From: Spirogloea muscicola
Taxonomy: Eukaryota
DNA: 64,000 bases
Direction of reading: 5' to 3'
Assembly (NCBI GenBank): GCA_009602725.1
Contig: WELB01000002.1
Span: 1,968,097 to 2,032,096, forward strand
The notes under the pieces are model-generated. The model ran no database searches, was not told where the DNA came from, and saw only the letters and a program-made list of their open reading frames with translations. This document shows positions 37,840 to 50,944 of the stretch, piece by piece; position 1 is the stretch's first letter, and every line of letters begins with the position of its first letter. Position numbers and translations under genes: made by a program.

Positions 37840-40800
37840 CGCCGCCGCGGGCCCCGCGCCCGGCCTGGCCCCGCCGCCGCCGCCGCCGTCGGCCAGCCTC
37901 CAGGAGACGGATGAAGCCGCGCCAGTGGCCGCACCTCCACTACCACAACCTGCTCTCCACAACAGCGGCGCAGTTGCTGCATTAGTCGGGCAGCCACAGG
38001 GTGCAGCTGCTGCTGTAGACGAGGGCCAACCTGTTGCTGCAGCCAGGTGAGCTCCTTGCTTTGCGGAAATACTGCCATTTGTCTCCATCGGCTGGTGCCA
38101 GCATCTTCGATTGCCGGTTCCGGCTGCAATCAGGCCCTCGCTTTCACAGCAGGCGCCATGCTTACCTCTGGCTCTGGCGGTGGAGAAGGGCTCAGGATCT
38201 CAGAGGCCATGGGACCTGCAGACGACGATGGCAGCCGTGCCGCTGCCGTGGACGAAGGTCTGCCAGAGCAGGCCGGTTGCGTCCTGTGGGACCTTGCCTC
38301 GAGTGACGATCATGCGGCCTTCTTGGTAAGAGCAATTTGCAGCTCAATGCTATTTACTGTAACCCCCTGCTTCAGGCGGTTGCCTCCCACGATTGCAATA
38401 TTCAGCTCACAATCTGCAAAGTCTCGTGACCTTGTGGATACGCCTCCTAGGTGCACCCTCTGAGGTCAACTCAGCAGGCGCAAAGTGGTACTGTATAGCG
38501 TTAAGTGGCAATCGTCTTGTCCCCTGAGACCACTCTCAGTCACAGCCTCCTCTTATGGATTCTGAGATACAAAATGTTACGCCCTCTCCGCCCTTTATGC
38601 ATTTTGTTGCGGATCAGATTGAAAATCGGATTCTGGATGTTGTGCTGGCTGTATTGAAGACTGATTGCTCCTTCCGACTTCGAGTAAGCTCCATCAACAT
38701 CACTGTCAGTTTTAGCACCCCCAACCCCGGACCTCACTAGCATCGGCGATGGAGTGCAGGCTTGCAGTGCATTGAAAATGTTGACAAACTGCAGCCAGTA
38801 TTAGACTGGTAGTGTCTGCTAAGGGCCCCACTCTCCTGGTTCCCATGAGGCATCATGGTCTGAAAGCGTGGTGTGGTGGTGGATGCGATGCTCTTCACTG
38901 TGGCACAATTTTTCCAGCTGATGAGGCCCTCTGTGCCTCAGGAAATTAGTCTGGGCATCCTGGGAAATCTTGCGTGCCACCCATCATCAGCAACTGCTAT
39001 TGCCAAGAGCACGGACATCCTACAGCTTGTTGTGGAGCAGCTTCATGTTGATGACCCTCCTTGTCTCACAGAGACATGCCGGTGTGTGCTTTCACAACAG
39101 GAGGCGTTGAGGATCTGCTAGGCCAGCAGAGCAAGCAGCGCTGTGCTGGTCAGAGCCGCTTGCTCTGCACCGTACGAGGCTAAGCACTTGTCGTCTCTTG
39201 CTCTTTGCGGAGCTGGTCCATGCATCTGCTGTGCAGGTTATTGAGCGCAGGCTTACTCAGTGCAGAAGCTGGACCGTGGGTGTCTGAGCTCAATCAGGAC
39301 GGAGCGTTGGGTCGCGTCCTATGGATCATTGCAAACACCAACCAGTCACAACTTGTTGAGAAGGTCTGCATCCTTCTCATGGCTGCGGAGGGCAGCTTGC
39401 ATCTTCTTGACGACTTTTTGCACTTGGAGGCCAGTGAAAATTGCAGCTCATTGCAGCATTATTTGCATGCATGAGAGTGGTGAGGATCTAAGCCTATGAA
39501 TACTGTCAGAGATGAGCAGTCTCACTGCAATCAATGGTGTCAGAGCCTGAGAATTGTGGCATTGCTTTTCTTTCCTGGTCAAAGTGTGCAGAGCTCCTGA
39601 TGGCCATGGTAGACGGCAAGCATAAAGCACATGTCACACTTTCACAACCTCTTCTTGACTTGGGTATCGTAGAGAATCTTACTGACCTCCTCAACAGTGA
39701 GGTCACCAGCTCTCTCAACGGCTCCTCTTGCGATGGGTAAGGCTGGACTGAGGATTGACTGGCAACTCTTTCTCGACATAGCGGCTCTTGCTGCGGTCTG
39801 TGACTAGCATCAGCTCGCGTGCATCTGGGCTACAAGCTGGATAATACTCATAGCCATCTGCTAGCCTGGCTTTTCAGCTCATCTGGAATACTTGTGCCTG
39901 TCTTACTAGGACTTTGATTATTGAATCGATTCTCGGAGTTCTGGAAGGACTTTCTGTGCTCGACGCTTCTGCCCCAAGAGTGGCAGAGAACGACAAGCTG
40001 CTAGACACTCTTCTTCGGATTATTCATTGCTCAGACAATCAAGAGGTACTAGTGCTGCTCCATTGCTGTCTCACTCTCCTGTTTGCCTTCCACACCCCCC
40101 CCCNACCCCCCCCCCCCCCCCCCCACCCCGTGTTGTGGCACTAGCAAGTTCTCTGCTTCGTGGAGTATGCCATAGATTAGTTGCCAATGCCTGCAAATTT
40201 AGCTGCTTTTTGACCTCTACTTGCGGAGGCCTGCATATGAGTAACCTACTACCCAAGGAGGTTCTTCTCAATCTTGATTGTGCACTCTAAAGCTGCAGCA
40301 CTAATGGAGCTAGGTTGCGCAGATTGGCCCTTCAGCTGTTGGTGCTGCAGTTCTGCTGGCCAACTTCCTTGCTGATCGGCCTGATGTGAAGTCAAAGTTG
40401 AGATGGGGTGAGTATGTGATCCAGTCACACGAGAAGTCGTTGGTGGCTGTACATTGAAGTAGCACTATCAAAGAGCATCTCCTTATGACACCCTGATTCA
40501 CCACCCAGCTGTTTCTGTCATCAAAGTGCATGTGATTCTTGCCTATTGTACAGTAGCGTTATGCGGGGTGTGTTCTTGTAGCACTCTGTTGTAAAGCTTT
40601 CTTAATGACCAGTATCGTTGACCTGGATTATGCAGATGCATTGCTATTGGACAAGCTACTCATTGTCCTGCCAGGTTGTGGAGCTGATATGGGAGCTCGC
40701 AGTGCAGTCTGGAGCATTTTGGGTGCTTTAGCACAAGAGTATGTCAGGGCTTTGACTGAGCATCCACGTGATTCGAAACTGGAAAATCTAGCAAGGACTG

Positions 40801-41240
40801 TGGCTGAGAAGTTGGACATGCTCAAGGAAGAGCTCGACACGCACAGAGATGACATTACTGAAAGAGAAGAGAAGATTGATTCAGCTGGCGGTGCTCATGC
40901 AGAGGGTGATGATGTCAGGAGTCAGCTTGTTACGGTGGGGATCTGCACCTTCACATTCATGGCCTTGTATAGGGCTCCATGTCTGTTACTCATATCGTGC
41001 ATATATATCGTGCATGCTATGTGGTACACGTCAAGCTAGGATATGAAGCCTCTCTATTGGCCCTCAGTCTCACTGGAGTCATCCATGCATGTGCTTTATG
41101 TAGATTGATCATCATTGTTTCTCACGGTCTTGTGAGGATGTCTATCTTTCATGACGTTGCAGATGGCACACTTGAGCACACTGGTGGAGGCATGTGGTCC
41201 TTTGGCATCCCCTGGATATGTCATGCAGGCGGTACAATGA
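37840..41240 (+). CDS. SAAL1: SAAL1-like ARM-repeat protein, 5' end in the gap, last exon tentative
   Basis: EQAGCVLWDLASSDDHAAFL, EISLGILGNLACH..LVVEQLHVDDPPCLTETCR, LLSAGL..W..LGRVLWIIANT..LVEK match the plant SAAL1-like family as I recall it. Confidence 0.8.
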
Positions 41241-41674
41241 TCTTACATTCTGGACTGAGTACCTGAGCCGATCGGCAGTGTGCCAATGGGCGAGTCAACA
41301 AGGTCTTAGATGCACCTTGATGAGACTAGCCCGTGGCGTCCGCGATCGGAAATAGCAGACAACTCCCCGTGAAGCACTTTGCCACAAGCAATACGTGGAG
41401 ATACTGCTTCTCCAATAGATGAGTCACTTGTAAGGTATCCACTGGTCACACTGAGGTATCCACTGGTCTCAGTGTGAATTATTGAAGTTTGAGCTGCTTA
41501 GCGCAAGTGGTGATCTAATTTTCAGCACACACAAGCAGGTGGAATGATATGGAAGCACCTTGCTGGAGCCCAGCAATTAGAGGACCGCAAATTTATGTGA
41601 CACTGCTCATATCGGCAGAGTATGCAGCAGCAGCAGTGGGTGGCAGAGCCGGGGGGCGCCGCCTCAGCTCCTCG

Positions 41675-42781
41675 GGCTTGGTCTCCTCTAGTTTCATGCG
41701 AACCACGCGCCTTCTCTCACCCTCCACACGTCCAGGCCGATGCGCGGTTCTGCAGGGCCCCGCAGGCTGCCATCAGGGGCGCTCACAGTGCGCCGCCGCA
41801 GCAGCAAGCGGGTTCTCATGTTCTCTTGGGCGGCAGAGTGGGGTTAGGCCCGCAGAGTAAATGGTGAGCAAAGTCGAGCCGATCCGCTGTACTTGCAAAA
41901 GGCGGCGGAAAGAGTGCATGAGGTGGAACTTCACAAAGCGAAGCTCTACTTTAGGAGGGCCCCAAGATAGAGAGCGGATGCAGGGGCGAAAGCGAAAGCA
42001 GGGCTTGGGGCTCGGCGGGCTCAGCATTCCACGTGAGAGGCAGGGCACTGGGCGCAACCCGTGCGGGCGCTTCCGCTGATGGCCTGGCCAGGGCCAGGCT
42101 CCTGGAGCGGCGACCGCCGTCGACGCCCCGAGCCCGAGCGAGGGAGCCCCAGCCTGCGCTGGGCTAGCTCTTCTGAGAGTTCGCTTACTGCTGTCTCAGT
42201 CCTTAGCACTCCGACTCCTTCAGACCTTGTCCATTCTTTTGGGCTGGCCTCTCCCAGCCACCAGTTAATCTGGCCGCGCTTGCTTTCGACACCACACCCA
42301 TCGTCAGAAGGCTCTCCAAAGAGGCTCTCACGCAAGGCGCTCGCTCGCTCGCGGTCGAGCTTGTCTTCCCAACCGGCGCTACCGAGGCCCCTGCCCCACC
42401 GGCTTTCGTGGCGGCGCTCCAGCTCCCCAAGTTAGCTTGTCCGATTTGTTTGTGCTCTCCCGTGGGTACTAATGTCACCTTAGGCACCTTAGTTTAGGTC
42501 TCTATATTATGTAGCCTTGTTTAGTTTGCACTCGCCTCTGCTTGAACTGTGTATTGGCTTGAATTGGCCTCCCTTTTCATTTCATGCGCCCCGCGCGCCT
42601 TGCAGCAGCCTCTGGCTTGCGCAGCGGGGTTGCTCTTCCTCCCCTCAGCTCATCTGACTTCCTACTGCTGACACGGGGGTATTGAGGGCGCCCTGTCTGC
42701 CTAGCCTTTGGCTCCGTCATGAACACCTGTATGCATCTGGCTGGCATTTCACAGCCGATTCTTTCATATCAGCAGCCGCTT
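41675..42781 (+). mobile_element. Stack of CRE-like 3' fragments upstream of RIK
   Basis: ..GFRGGAPAPQVSLSDLFVLSRGY* (about 42400-42473). 42590-42781 is nearly identical to the reverse complement of about 24000-24190, and 42175-42285 matches 24587-24690. Confidence 0.85.
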
Positions 42782-42824
42782 NNNNNNNNNNNNNNNNNNN
42801 NNNNNNNNNNNNNNNNNNNNNNNN

Positions 42825-45800
42825 GGCAGCGGTGCGCGCCCCGGCCCCGAACTCCGCCTCGCCGCTGCCGCGCCTGCGGGTGCTGGACTCGCCGCCGCCG
42901 CAGCCGGCTGACGTGGCGCGCAGGCGTCGCGTTGTTGTGCGCGCAGGAAGAAGCGCAAGTGGGACGACCCCGGCGAGGTGCCCCCGGCGCTGGCTGCAGC
43001 GCAGTCCGCGTCGCTGCCGGGCGCTCGCCCCTCCTTCGCCGCCGCGGCCGTCGGCTACGTGGCCGCGCCGCCCTTGCCTTCGCCGGTGCCGTCTCCCGAA
43101 GTGGCCAAGCAGACGGCCGCCGCCCTGGTTGAGCGCTTCAACAAGGTGAGGCAGCCCGCCCGCTCCTGCTGAAGCCCGTGATACGCACGGCAGGCGCGCC
43201 GGAGTGCTGAGCTCTCCGCCTCGCGCCTGTGCAGCAACTGGTGAGCAAGGGCCTCATCCCGCAAGCCAAGCCCGTGGAGGAGAACCCGTTCAAGGAGGTG
43301 ATCATCAACGACGTGGACCCGGGCACCCGCTACAAGCTCACCAAGCGGCAGACTCAGGAAGACGTCAGTGCATCACTCCGACGCACCCGCAGCTCGCAGT
43401 GCCTGCAAGTGCAAATCGTCGCTGCTTCCTGGGCTTGCCAGCTTGTGACGCCAGAGAGAGCTCTCTGAGCCTCCGTCGTAGTGTCGGCACCAGGTTTAGC
43501 TAGCAGAGGCATGAGAGCTGGCCGCCAAGGAAGATCTCCAATTTTCTGGAGCCTGTGCAGGGCTTCCGCTCACTCTGAGCGTTTGCTTGTGTATGTCATG
43601 CAGATACAGGCCAGGACAGGAGCTGTTGTCATCACCAGGTATGCCCAATGCAGTCAGCCTGGCTCGGATGCTCGATTGACCTCTTTTCGCAGAGGACTCG
43701 GGGCCTTTGGTCGGCAAGCTGGCCGTTGGTGGCCAGGATTGAGCTCGTGCACTGAAACAGTTGGGCCGGCAGGTTCTGGTGGTCGTTTAGCACTCCTGGG
43801 CTCGTGTAATTGTCGGCAGGGGGAGATACAGGCCTCCAAATGCTACTCATGACACCACTGGGGAGAAGCCGCTCTTTCTACATATCTCTGCCGGCATCAA
43901 TGTCAGTACGGCGTCTGGCATCCTGTGAGCCCTTTGGCATGTTGCAGTGCTCACGACAATAATGCTACGTCCATGCACGTTGTACATAAAGGCCTGACGC
44001 AAGGCTTGTTGGCAGCTCCCATCCCATGAGGAGCGTGTGAAAGCTGTTGATGCTGCAGTTGCCATCGTGGAGGACATGCTTGGTGTCAGGCCAATGGAGC
44101 CAGTGAGCCTCGCTCTCACACCTCTGCAAGGTTGCAGCTAAATATCTGCGTGTGGGTTGCTATATGGATGGTCCACGCCTGTGTCCTTGGTCACCCACAT
44201 ATGCCAGCTCATAATGAGCCCCATCGCGGCCAGTGCTTATCATTCTTGGGCCCCTCTGTGCAGTCTCCAGGCCAGCAAGTGTCAGCTGCTGTCCACATTG
44301 GCTTCCAGACGGACGCAACTTACAATGTAGCTGACAAGATTCGAGGACCACATGTAAGCTGCAGCAACACCTTCTCCTGTGAATGTGCACCTCAAGTTCA
44401 TGCGGCAACCTGCTTGCACACTAACTTGGCCTGCCTGATCTCAAGGTGGATTTTCTTGCATGAGTGGCACTGCTTAACAACTGCAATTACGTTATGTGCG
44501 CTGTGCAGAATCAGTACCTGAACCACATTGCCAGTGAGTCTGGTGCGCAAGTTGTGCTGAGGGGCCAAGGCTCTGGGAACCTGGAAGGAGCTAGAGGTGA
44601 AGGTGATCATCCAAGTTGCCTCACCGAGCACTATTGTTCCTGCAAGCATGACGCAATAGCATTGAAGCAAGCAAGCAATCATGCGGAATGTGCATGGTAG
44701 TTGACTTGACTGACGAGCTCAGGGTCTGTGCACGAATGTGCAGAGCTGCCGGAGCCGCTGCACCTTTTCATCACAGGCAAGAGCCAGAAAGCAGTTGATG
44801 AAGCTAAAGGCCTAGTAGAGTCGCTCTTGGAGACAACGAGAAAAGACTACCTGCGTGCCAGGTCAGCGTTGCATACAGTGTCCCTTTTCACCTGCTGGGT
44901 AGTCTCTTGACACGCGCTTTACTGCAGCTGCCCTCTTGCTCTGAGCAATAGTTAACGTAATCCAAGGAGAAGGTTTGGCTTCATCAAACTTTACCCGCGT
45001 CATGCAGTGGCCACAGTGACCAAGTGCCGCCTTCAGGGACGCCTGCAGCAGCGCCTGCGCCGCCCTATGGATCGCAGCCTCCACCATACCCTTACAACAT
45101 GCACCCTTCCTATCCTCCTCCTCCAGCGAGCTCGCATGCACCAACCCCCTCCGACCAGCCATCTACAGCCCCAACAAACATGTACTCAGCATACCCGCCA
45201 CCGCCAGCGGCACCTTACCCTCAGCAACCCCCCCCGCCTTACCTGGGCCCCCCTGTTCAGCAGCCGCATTATCCGCCACCTCCTTCGTACATGTACCCGC
45301 CGCCTCACCAAGCTCCGCAGCCTTATGGGCACTATCCTCCTCACCCTCCTCCACCTGGCCCCTACTACGCGCAGCATGCCCCTCTCCCACCTTATCCCCC
45401 TCCAGGGCAGGGAGGAGGTTATGCTCCACCTGCAACAGGGCCTGGGCCAGGTCTGGCCGCCTATGGTGGACCTTACACTCAAGTTGGAGTGCAGCAGCAG
45501 CCTCCGCACCCTGGCCAGGCTTACCGGCCACCTCCTCAGGCGCAGGAACAGCCGCAGAGGCGCCGCTTTCAGGAGTTTGTGGAGTCCCCACCTCAGCACA
45601 CTAAGCAGGTATCAATGCTTTTCTGACAACCCAAGGACATAACGGAAAAGTGTTCGCAGGATGCTTATGGCCTTCCAGGAGATCTGTTACGGTGGTTCAT
45701 GTTATTCTTTGTCACCCTGTCTCAGGATGTTTATGGTCCTTCTAGAAACTCACTACCACTGTGGATCAGTTTGTTGATATGATTCAGATGTCTTCACCAT

Positions 45801-46620
45801 TCCATAGGTTGTGATTGATTCTTGCGGTGCCTAACAATCTCATCTGCAGCCTGACTGACAGTGTTGTGTTTCTGCCTGACGCTTCTTCCTATGTGGCAGG
45901 TGATTTACGCCACTGATCGTGCCCCTCTCCTCCATTAGCCCTTCCCCTGCAGAGTATCTCACCTCTGTTGATTCTGCTGCCAGTGAGTGTAGCCGTGTGG
46001 ATGTGAGCTTGTTCTCAACGACAGCTCTTGCAGAGTGGCTCCTCCTCAAGTGAAGCCTGCAGTAAGCAGGCCACCTACTACCGCCCAGGGTGGATGACAA
46101 AAACAACCACCCTCCTACACCCTACCCTTTAACATTCTGTGCTGCAGAAATTGCAGTCACTGGCATGTTTCCAGCAAGAAGAGCTCTTTAGCAAGTGGGC
46201 AGCAAGTGATTGCTGAAGTGTCATGGCTACCGTGCAGATGCCACCTCCCAGAGCACCGACAGCTGCCCTGTCTTCTACGTCAATGAGTGCACCTCCACCT
46301 CGGCCAGGTGCTGGTGTCACTGCTCCGCCCATCTCTTTCACCACCAGTCAACCCAGCAAAGGCATCAATGAAGACGGCTCCACAGCAAAGCAAGGTATGC
46401 CTGCATGTACTTTTGTGAAAATGGTTAGCCTACAGGCCAGGCGGGAGCAAGTGCTCCGATGTTTGTCTTTTGCTTGAGCAACATAACAAGTAGCTTGCAA
46501 GGTTGCTCAAACGTTTAGGGTTGTGTCAGTGCTTGAGCAAGTCCATTCAGATCTTTAACAGGACTCCAGCTAGTAGACTACGGCGAGGAGGACGAGGATT
46601 CCACTGGCCAACCTGCCTGA
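42825..46620 (+). CDS. RIK: KH-domain RNA-binding protein RIK/KHDC4 (BLOM7) family with Pro/Tyr-rich region; start in or near gap 42782-42824
   Basis: RKKRKWDDP, EVIINDVDPGTRYKLTKRQTQ, TGAVVITRGRYRPP..EKPLFLHISAG, KIRGP..YLNHIASESGAQVVLRGQGSG..EPLHLFI, C-terminus LVDYGEEDED..PA*. Confidence 0.88.
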
Positions 46621-47037
46621 CATTTTAGATGTAGACTCTGACCTCTCTTGCGAAAAGCTTAGGCCACAAAAAGCAATAGTCTAGAATGTCACAATTTTAC
46701 TTCCTTCCCTGTCAGAATTATTGCACATAATCATTTGCCATTGGATGCGCTTATTGCGCATAATGTTGCTACTATCTGCATCATATCTTGTGCTTCACCT
46801 GTCCAGTACCAACACTACTTAGTTGACAGAGATGTGACTTTTGCTTTCAATTCTGAGGTAACAGTTGCGCAAGTTTTACTTTACTGTGAAGAGTGGCAGC
46901 TTGCATTCTTGTCATTCCCACTATTCCTGTGTACAAGCATGTCCTTCTAATTACCTTCAGAAATTCGAACAGTTATGGGCAGAGGGCAAGGAGAGAGTGT
47001 TGCAATTCGTTTGATTTGAACGCCTGAGCGTTGAAGA

Positions 47038-50000
47038 TCACAAGCGGTGCATCGTGTGCCACTCTCCTTTGCTCATAGACCTCAGCAATCCTCGCTCTTT
47101 CTCCTTGGCTATTGTGGTATCAGATCCGCCGTAGTCATGGCCTGGATAGACCCTGCACTTCAATACACTACTTTGATGAGGTGCATCAAGGTTCAGGTTA
47201 GCTTCACATTATGCATATTGTGCTAAATGGATGATAGAGCAGTCACGCTGCACCCACACATAAAAGACATTGGCATGTGCAAGTTTTGCCTGCTGGAAGT
47301 CATTCAAGTGAAGCTCCAAGAAATTAACATAATGGTGCTCCCAGCAAAATATTGTCGCAGGAAGGTACCTTGTGCTATTAGGGAGAGAAGCCAACACTGT
47401 TTGCAGACTCCTGTACATTGCTGATGTATCACAATCTGGCAAGTCCAGCCTCCCGCAGCTACAGCCGAACAAGGATACTGAAGCCTTAGTATCATGCGCA
47501 AGGGCCATCACAAGTGGATACATGCAACCATGATGATGTCGTGGAATCTAGAAGGCCCGCCAGGACGCCCAAGAGGTTGTACCTCCCAATGAAGAGAGTG
47601 TCGCCGCTGAGGAGGACACCCTCTTGCTGGCCAGGCACACTGTTCGCAAACCCGGCAAACATACATCGTAGTGTGCCTTTGAGGTGGACCTACTTGCTTC
47701 TACTTCTGTAACGATGTGTTTGTAATGTAACTGCACAACTTGAGATATGAGATTGCGTCTTGGAGCAATGCAGAGAGCACTAACTTCTCAATGTAGACGC
47801 ACTGGCTTCCAGGCGTGTGCCCAGGTGTATGCAAAAACTGCAACTGAATATCACCAACTTGCACTGTAGCACCATGCTGCAGAATAGAGGCCACGGACGC
47901 ACGGCATGACTTAGATAAGCTTCATGGAATAAGGCCAGCAATAGAGATGACCAAAGAGATGCCATTCTCAGGTCCGATTCCATGGCCGTAATGACTGACC
48001 CCCACAGTATGCAGGCTTGTAGAAGGGACCAGATTCTTGCACTTGACCGTCTCAGAGTCCCCTTGGTTCACATATACCTGCAGTCATAATGGCCCGGTAA
48101 GACATCCCTTTGGCAAACTTCCTAGATATCTACCATGTCAAGCAAGTCATGTGCATACTCTACATGAGAAACGAATATGCTGAAATGACAAGGAAACGAG
48201 GAGTGCCTGTGAACTATGAGCATGATCATGCAGTCGAGAGGCAAATGTATCAGGCCCACACTGGCAGATTTGAGCCGGCCACTGCTTCCCGTACACCGGG
48301 CACTCTGATTCCCAGTGCATCAAATGGAGGAGGAGGTAAACCTCCAGTGTGATCAAAGTGGTAATGCGTAACCACTGCTCCCACCTGCAAGATGTCATTA
48401 ACAATTGTGGTGCCATTTTTTAAACACAATGATCAGCACATATCACCACCATCAACATTGTTAATAGTACTTCGAGATTGTCATCATGGCAAATAAAAAC
48501 TCAAGTCTTGGTGCAGTACCTCACCACTTTCACTTTTTCAGCTGCTGCATATGCCAGGAGGCCCTGTTTTGACACCTTCAGAATGATGAGCCAGTGCTGG
48601 CAAAACCCGCTTGTATGAGAATGATTTTGATGAAAGTCACTGCAGCAAATCATGCATGCAAATGTCCTGCATCTTCTTGATAGCTCTGTTTACGCACAAC
48701 TACAACCTTCAATGAAGGCAAATATGTATTTACTCGCCTTGACATCCCAGGCCGCATCTACGACCAGCACTTCTCGTGTCCTTGCATCCCCTACCAGGTA
48801 GACGAAGTTCTTCATCTGCAGTGCAGCGGAAAAGATCTGCGGATAGAGAGATGCTGCATCAGATAATGCACCGACAAGCATGATCACAGGGCACAGCGTG
48901 CCAACATGCTGAGCATGATTGAGGTCAGCTATGTTGCAGATTTACATAAGGTCTTGCCTGCTGCTCCTCTGCGTTTGTTGGGCTTCTAGCGAAGTCGCGG
49001 CCAGGCCTCAGCTGGATGTCCATGATATCACAGTGATTAGAGGTGGGTCTCTATGAAGCATGGTGCAGAAAGGATATGCTCTAAAATCATTAAAGCTACC
49101 TGCTGGCATAAAGCAGCCAAGGTCACTCGAGTTTCTCATCTATGGTACTTGGCTACCTGCCTAAAGAAGAATCCCTGCAGTGCCTCCCTCGTCAGCCTTA
49201 CCATCTTCAGAACTCCGTCATCATCTGGAAGCTGCATCACAAATCATCACAACCGTCAGCTGCTCAGGCCCAACACATACAACGAACATCGGTTAGTCCC
49301 AGTCAAGGAGAGTGCGTGTGTCCGTCCACATGTGAGTGTGTGTGTGAGTGTGTATATGGGTGTGCGTGTGAGCGCATGTATATGTGAGTGAGTGTGAGAG
49401 TGTGAGAGAGCTCGTGTGTGTGTGCATGTGTGTGTATGAGTGCTCGTATGTGTGTGCGTGCATGTGTGTGCACATATGTGTGCGCGCGCGTGTGTGCTCG
49501 TGCGCGCGGCCGTGTGTGTGTGGGTGTGTGTGTATGTCTGTGTGGGTGTGCGCACACGTGTGTGCGCGTGTGTGCATGCGTGCGTGTGCGTGTGTGTGTG
49601 CGTGCGTTCGCGTGCGTGCGCGTGTGCGTTGCGCATGTGTGTGTGTGTGTGAGTGTGTGGGATTGTGTTTATGTGCGTGTATGTGGTGTGTATGCGCGCG
49701 CGCATCTTTGTAAGTGTCTCATGCAGGCAGTGACTACTCTCACACGGATGCACAGAATTGATGACTCCTTTGCAGGGGGTCTCGTGATCCCCTGCAGACA
49801 GCCTGCCCATCTACGTTCGTGCGTGTGTGTGTATCTGTGTGTTTGTGTCTTAAGCAAGGTATGGCAGCTACTCTCACACATATTCTCAAGAGTCTTGACT
49901 CTTCTGCAGGGGACCTCAATTGATCCCCTGCAAGACAGAATGCCCAAGTACCCTACTAAGTAACTACAAGCGCATCACAAGGGTAATGGACAGAAAGGTC

Positions 50001-50810
50001 ACCAAGTCCAGGGAGCGTAGATAAGATGCCTCTGCAGCAGCATACTGTTGCAAGCCAAAGTAAGCCTCTCCGCATCGAAAGTACGCCTGAACACCAGACC
50101 AGGCCCTTCACGGGAGATTAGTGGGAAATCTACTCCTCTTGCAGCCTGGACATGGACAACATTCCGTCCACCATCATCTCTCTTTCGAGCTCCAAAATGA
50201 CCTGAATTGACCTTTCGAACGAGGCTGAATACACAGGCACTTTCTGCTGTGTTTAGGGATCTTGCAAACCCACTCAGTAATTTGAATGATTTTCGAATTG
50301 CACCTTGTTCCAATCACTTTTCTTTGAGACACAGGCCTCTGCCTCCACCAAAGCCTGTCAATATCGGCAGGTAACTGTTTCCCTGTGGTCAGTGATGGAG
50401 AAAAGTGGGAAAGGGGCCGGCGAAGCTCATAATGAACGATGCTGGAGAGCGTAGCTGGTGACCCAGCAGGCCTGCTGTTTCCCGAGGCTGGTGATGGACG
50501 CCGTGGTCGCTCACCTCCTGCGCTTTGCCCTGCTTCAGGAGGGCCAAGGACAGGTTGCTGTGCAGCGCCGCTGCCTCGCCCTCCTGCCCGGGCTGAAGCG
50601 CCTCCAAGGCTTGCCTGCAAGCTGCAAGCCAAGCTACGGCACTGAGACCCAGTCAAGAGCAGCGGCCGAGTGGCGGGAGTTGACGGGCTGGCGGCAGAGG
50701 AGATGCTTCAGGAGGGAGGGAAGCGGGGGGCCCCGCCTGTAGTGCTGCGCGGCGTCGGGGAAGCGGCCGGCCTTGACGGCGGCGTTGCCGGCGGCCTTGA
50801 GGGCCTCCAT
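47038..50810 (-). CDS. TPR (3 repeats) fused to a metallo-beta-lactamase-fold hydrolase (glyoxalase II-like)
   Basis: MEALKAAGNAAVKAGRFPDAAQHYRQAL..HSNLSLALLKQGKAQEALVEAEACV..WNKAYFRCGEAYFGLQQYAAAEASY, then FFFRQLRPGRDFA..QMKNFVYLVGD..VVDAAWD, THYHFDHTGG, HTPGHTPGSQC, SGDTLF, CGRLD, YPGHDY. Confidence 0.88.
49308..49703. repeat. Long degenerate (TG/CA)n microsatellite in an intron
   Basis: About 400 bp of mostly alternating purine-pyrimidine TG/CG/TA steps. Confidence 0.9.
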
Positions 50811-50944
50811 GACAAGCGGCCCTCCGGGACGCGCCAATGCCTTGGGCTGGCAGCTAGTAGCCGCCCGGCTGGGCAGACTGGGAGAATTTGGGGCCGCTTT
50901 TGGCACCCACGCGAAGAGAGCCCGCGCGTGGCTCCAAGCTCTGC

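Noticed and set aside
36943..38129. 381 aa and 393 aa ORFs
   Set aside because: They read through the N gap.
41433..41476. 15-bp direct repeat with a 9-bp inverted repeat downstream of SAAL1
   Set aside because: Single small local duplication with no other copy or function evident.
49256..49963. His/Thr-rich and Cys/Val-rich ORFs
   Set aside because: Translations of the TG microsatellite inside an intron.
50170..50262. TPR-looking KCLCIQPRSKGQFR segment as an exon
   Set aside because: Flanking exons ALVEAEACVSKKSDWNK and AYFRCGEAYFG already join into a complete TPR with good splice sites.
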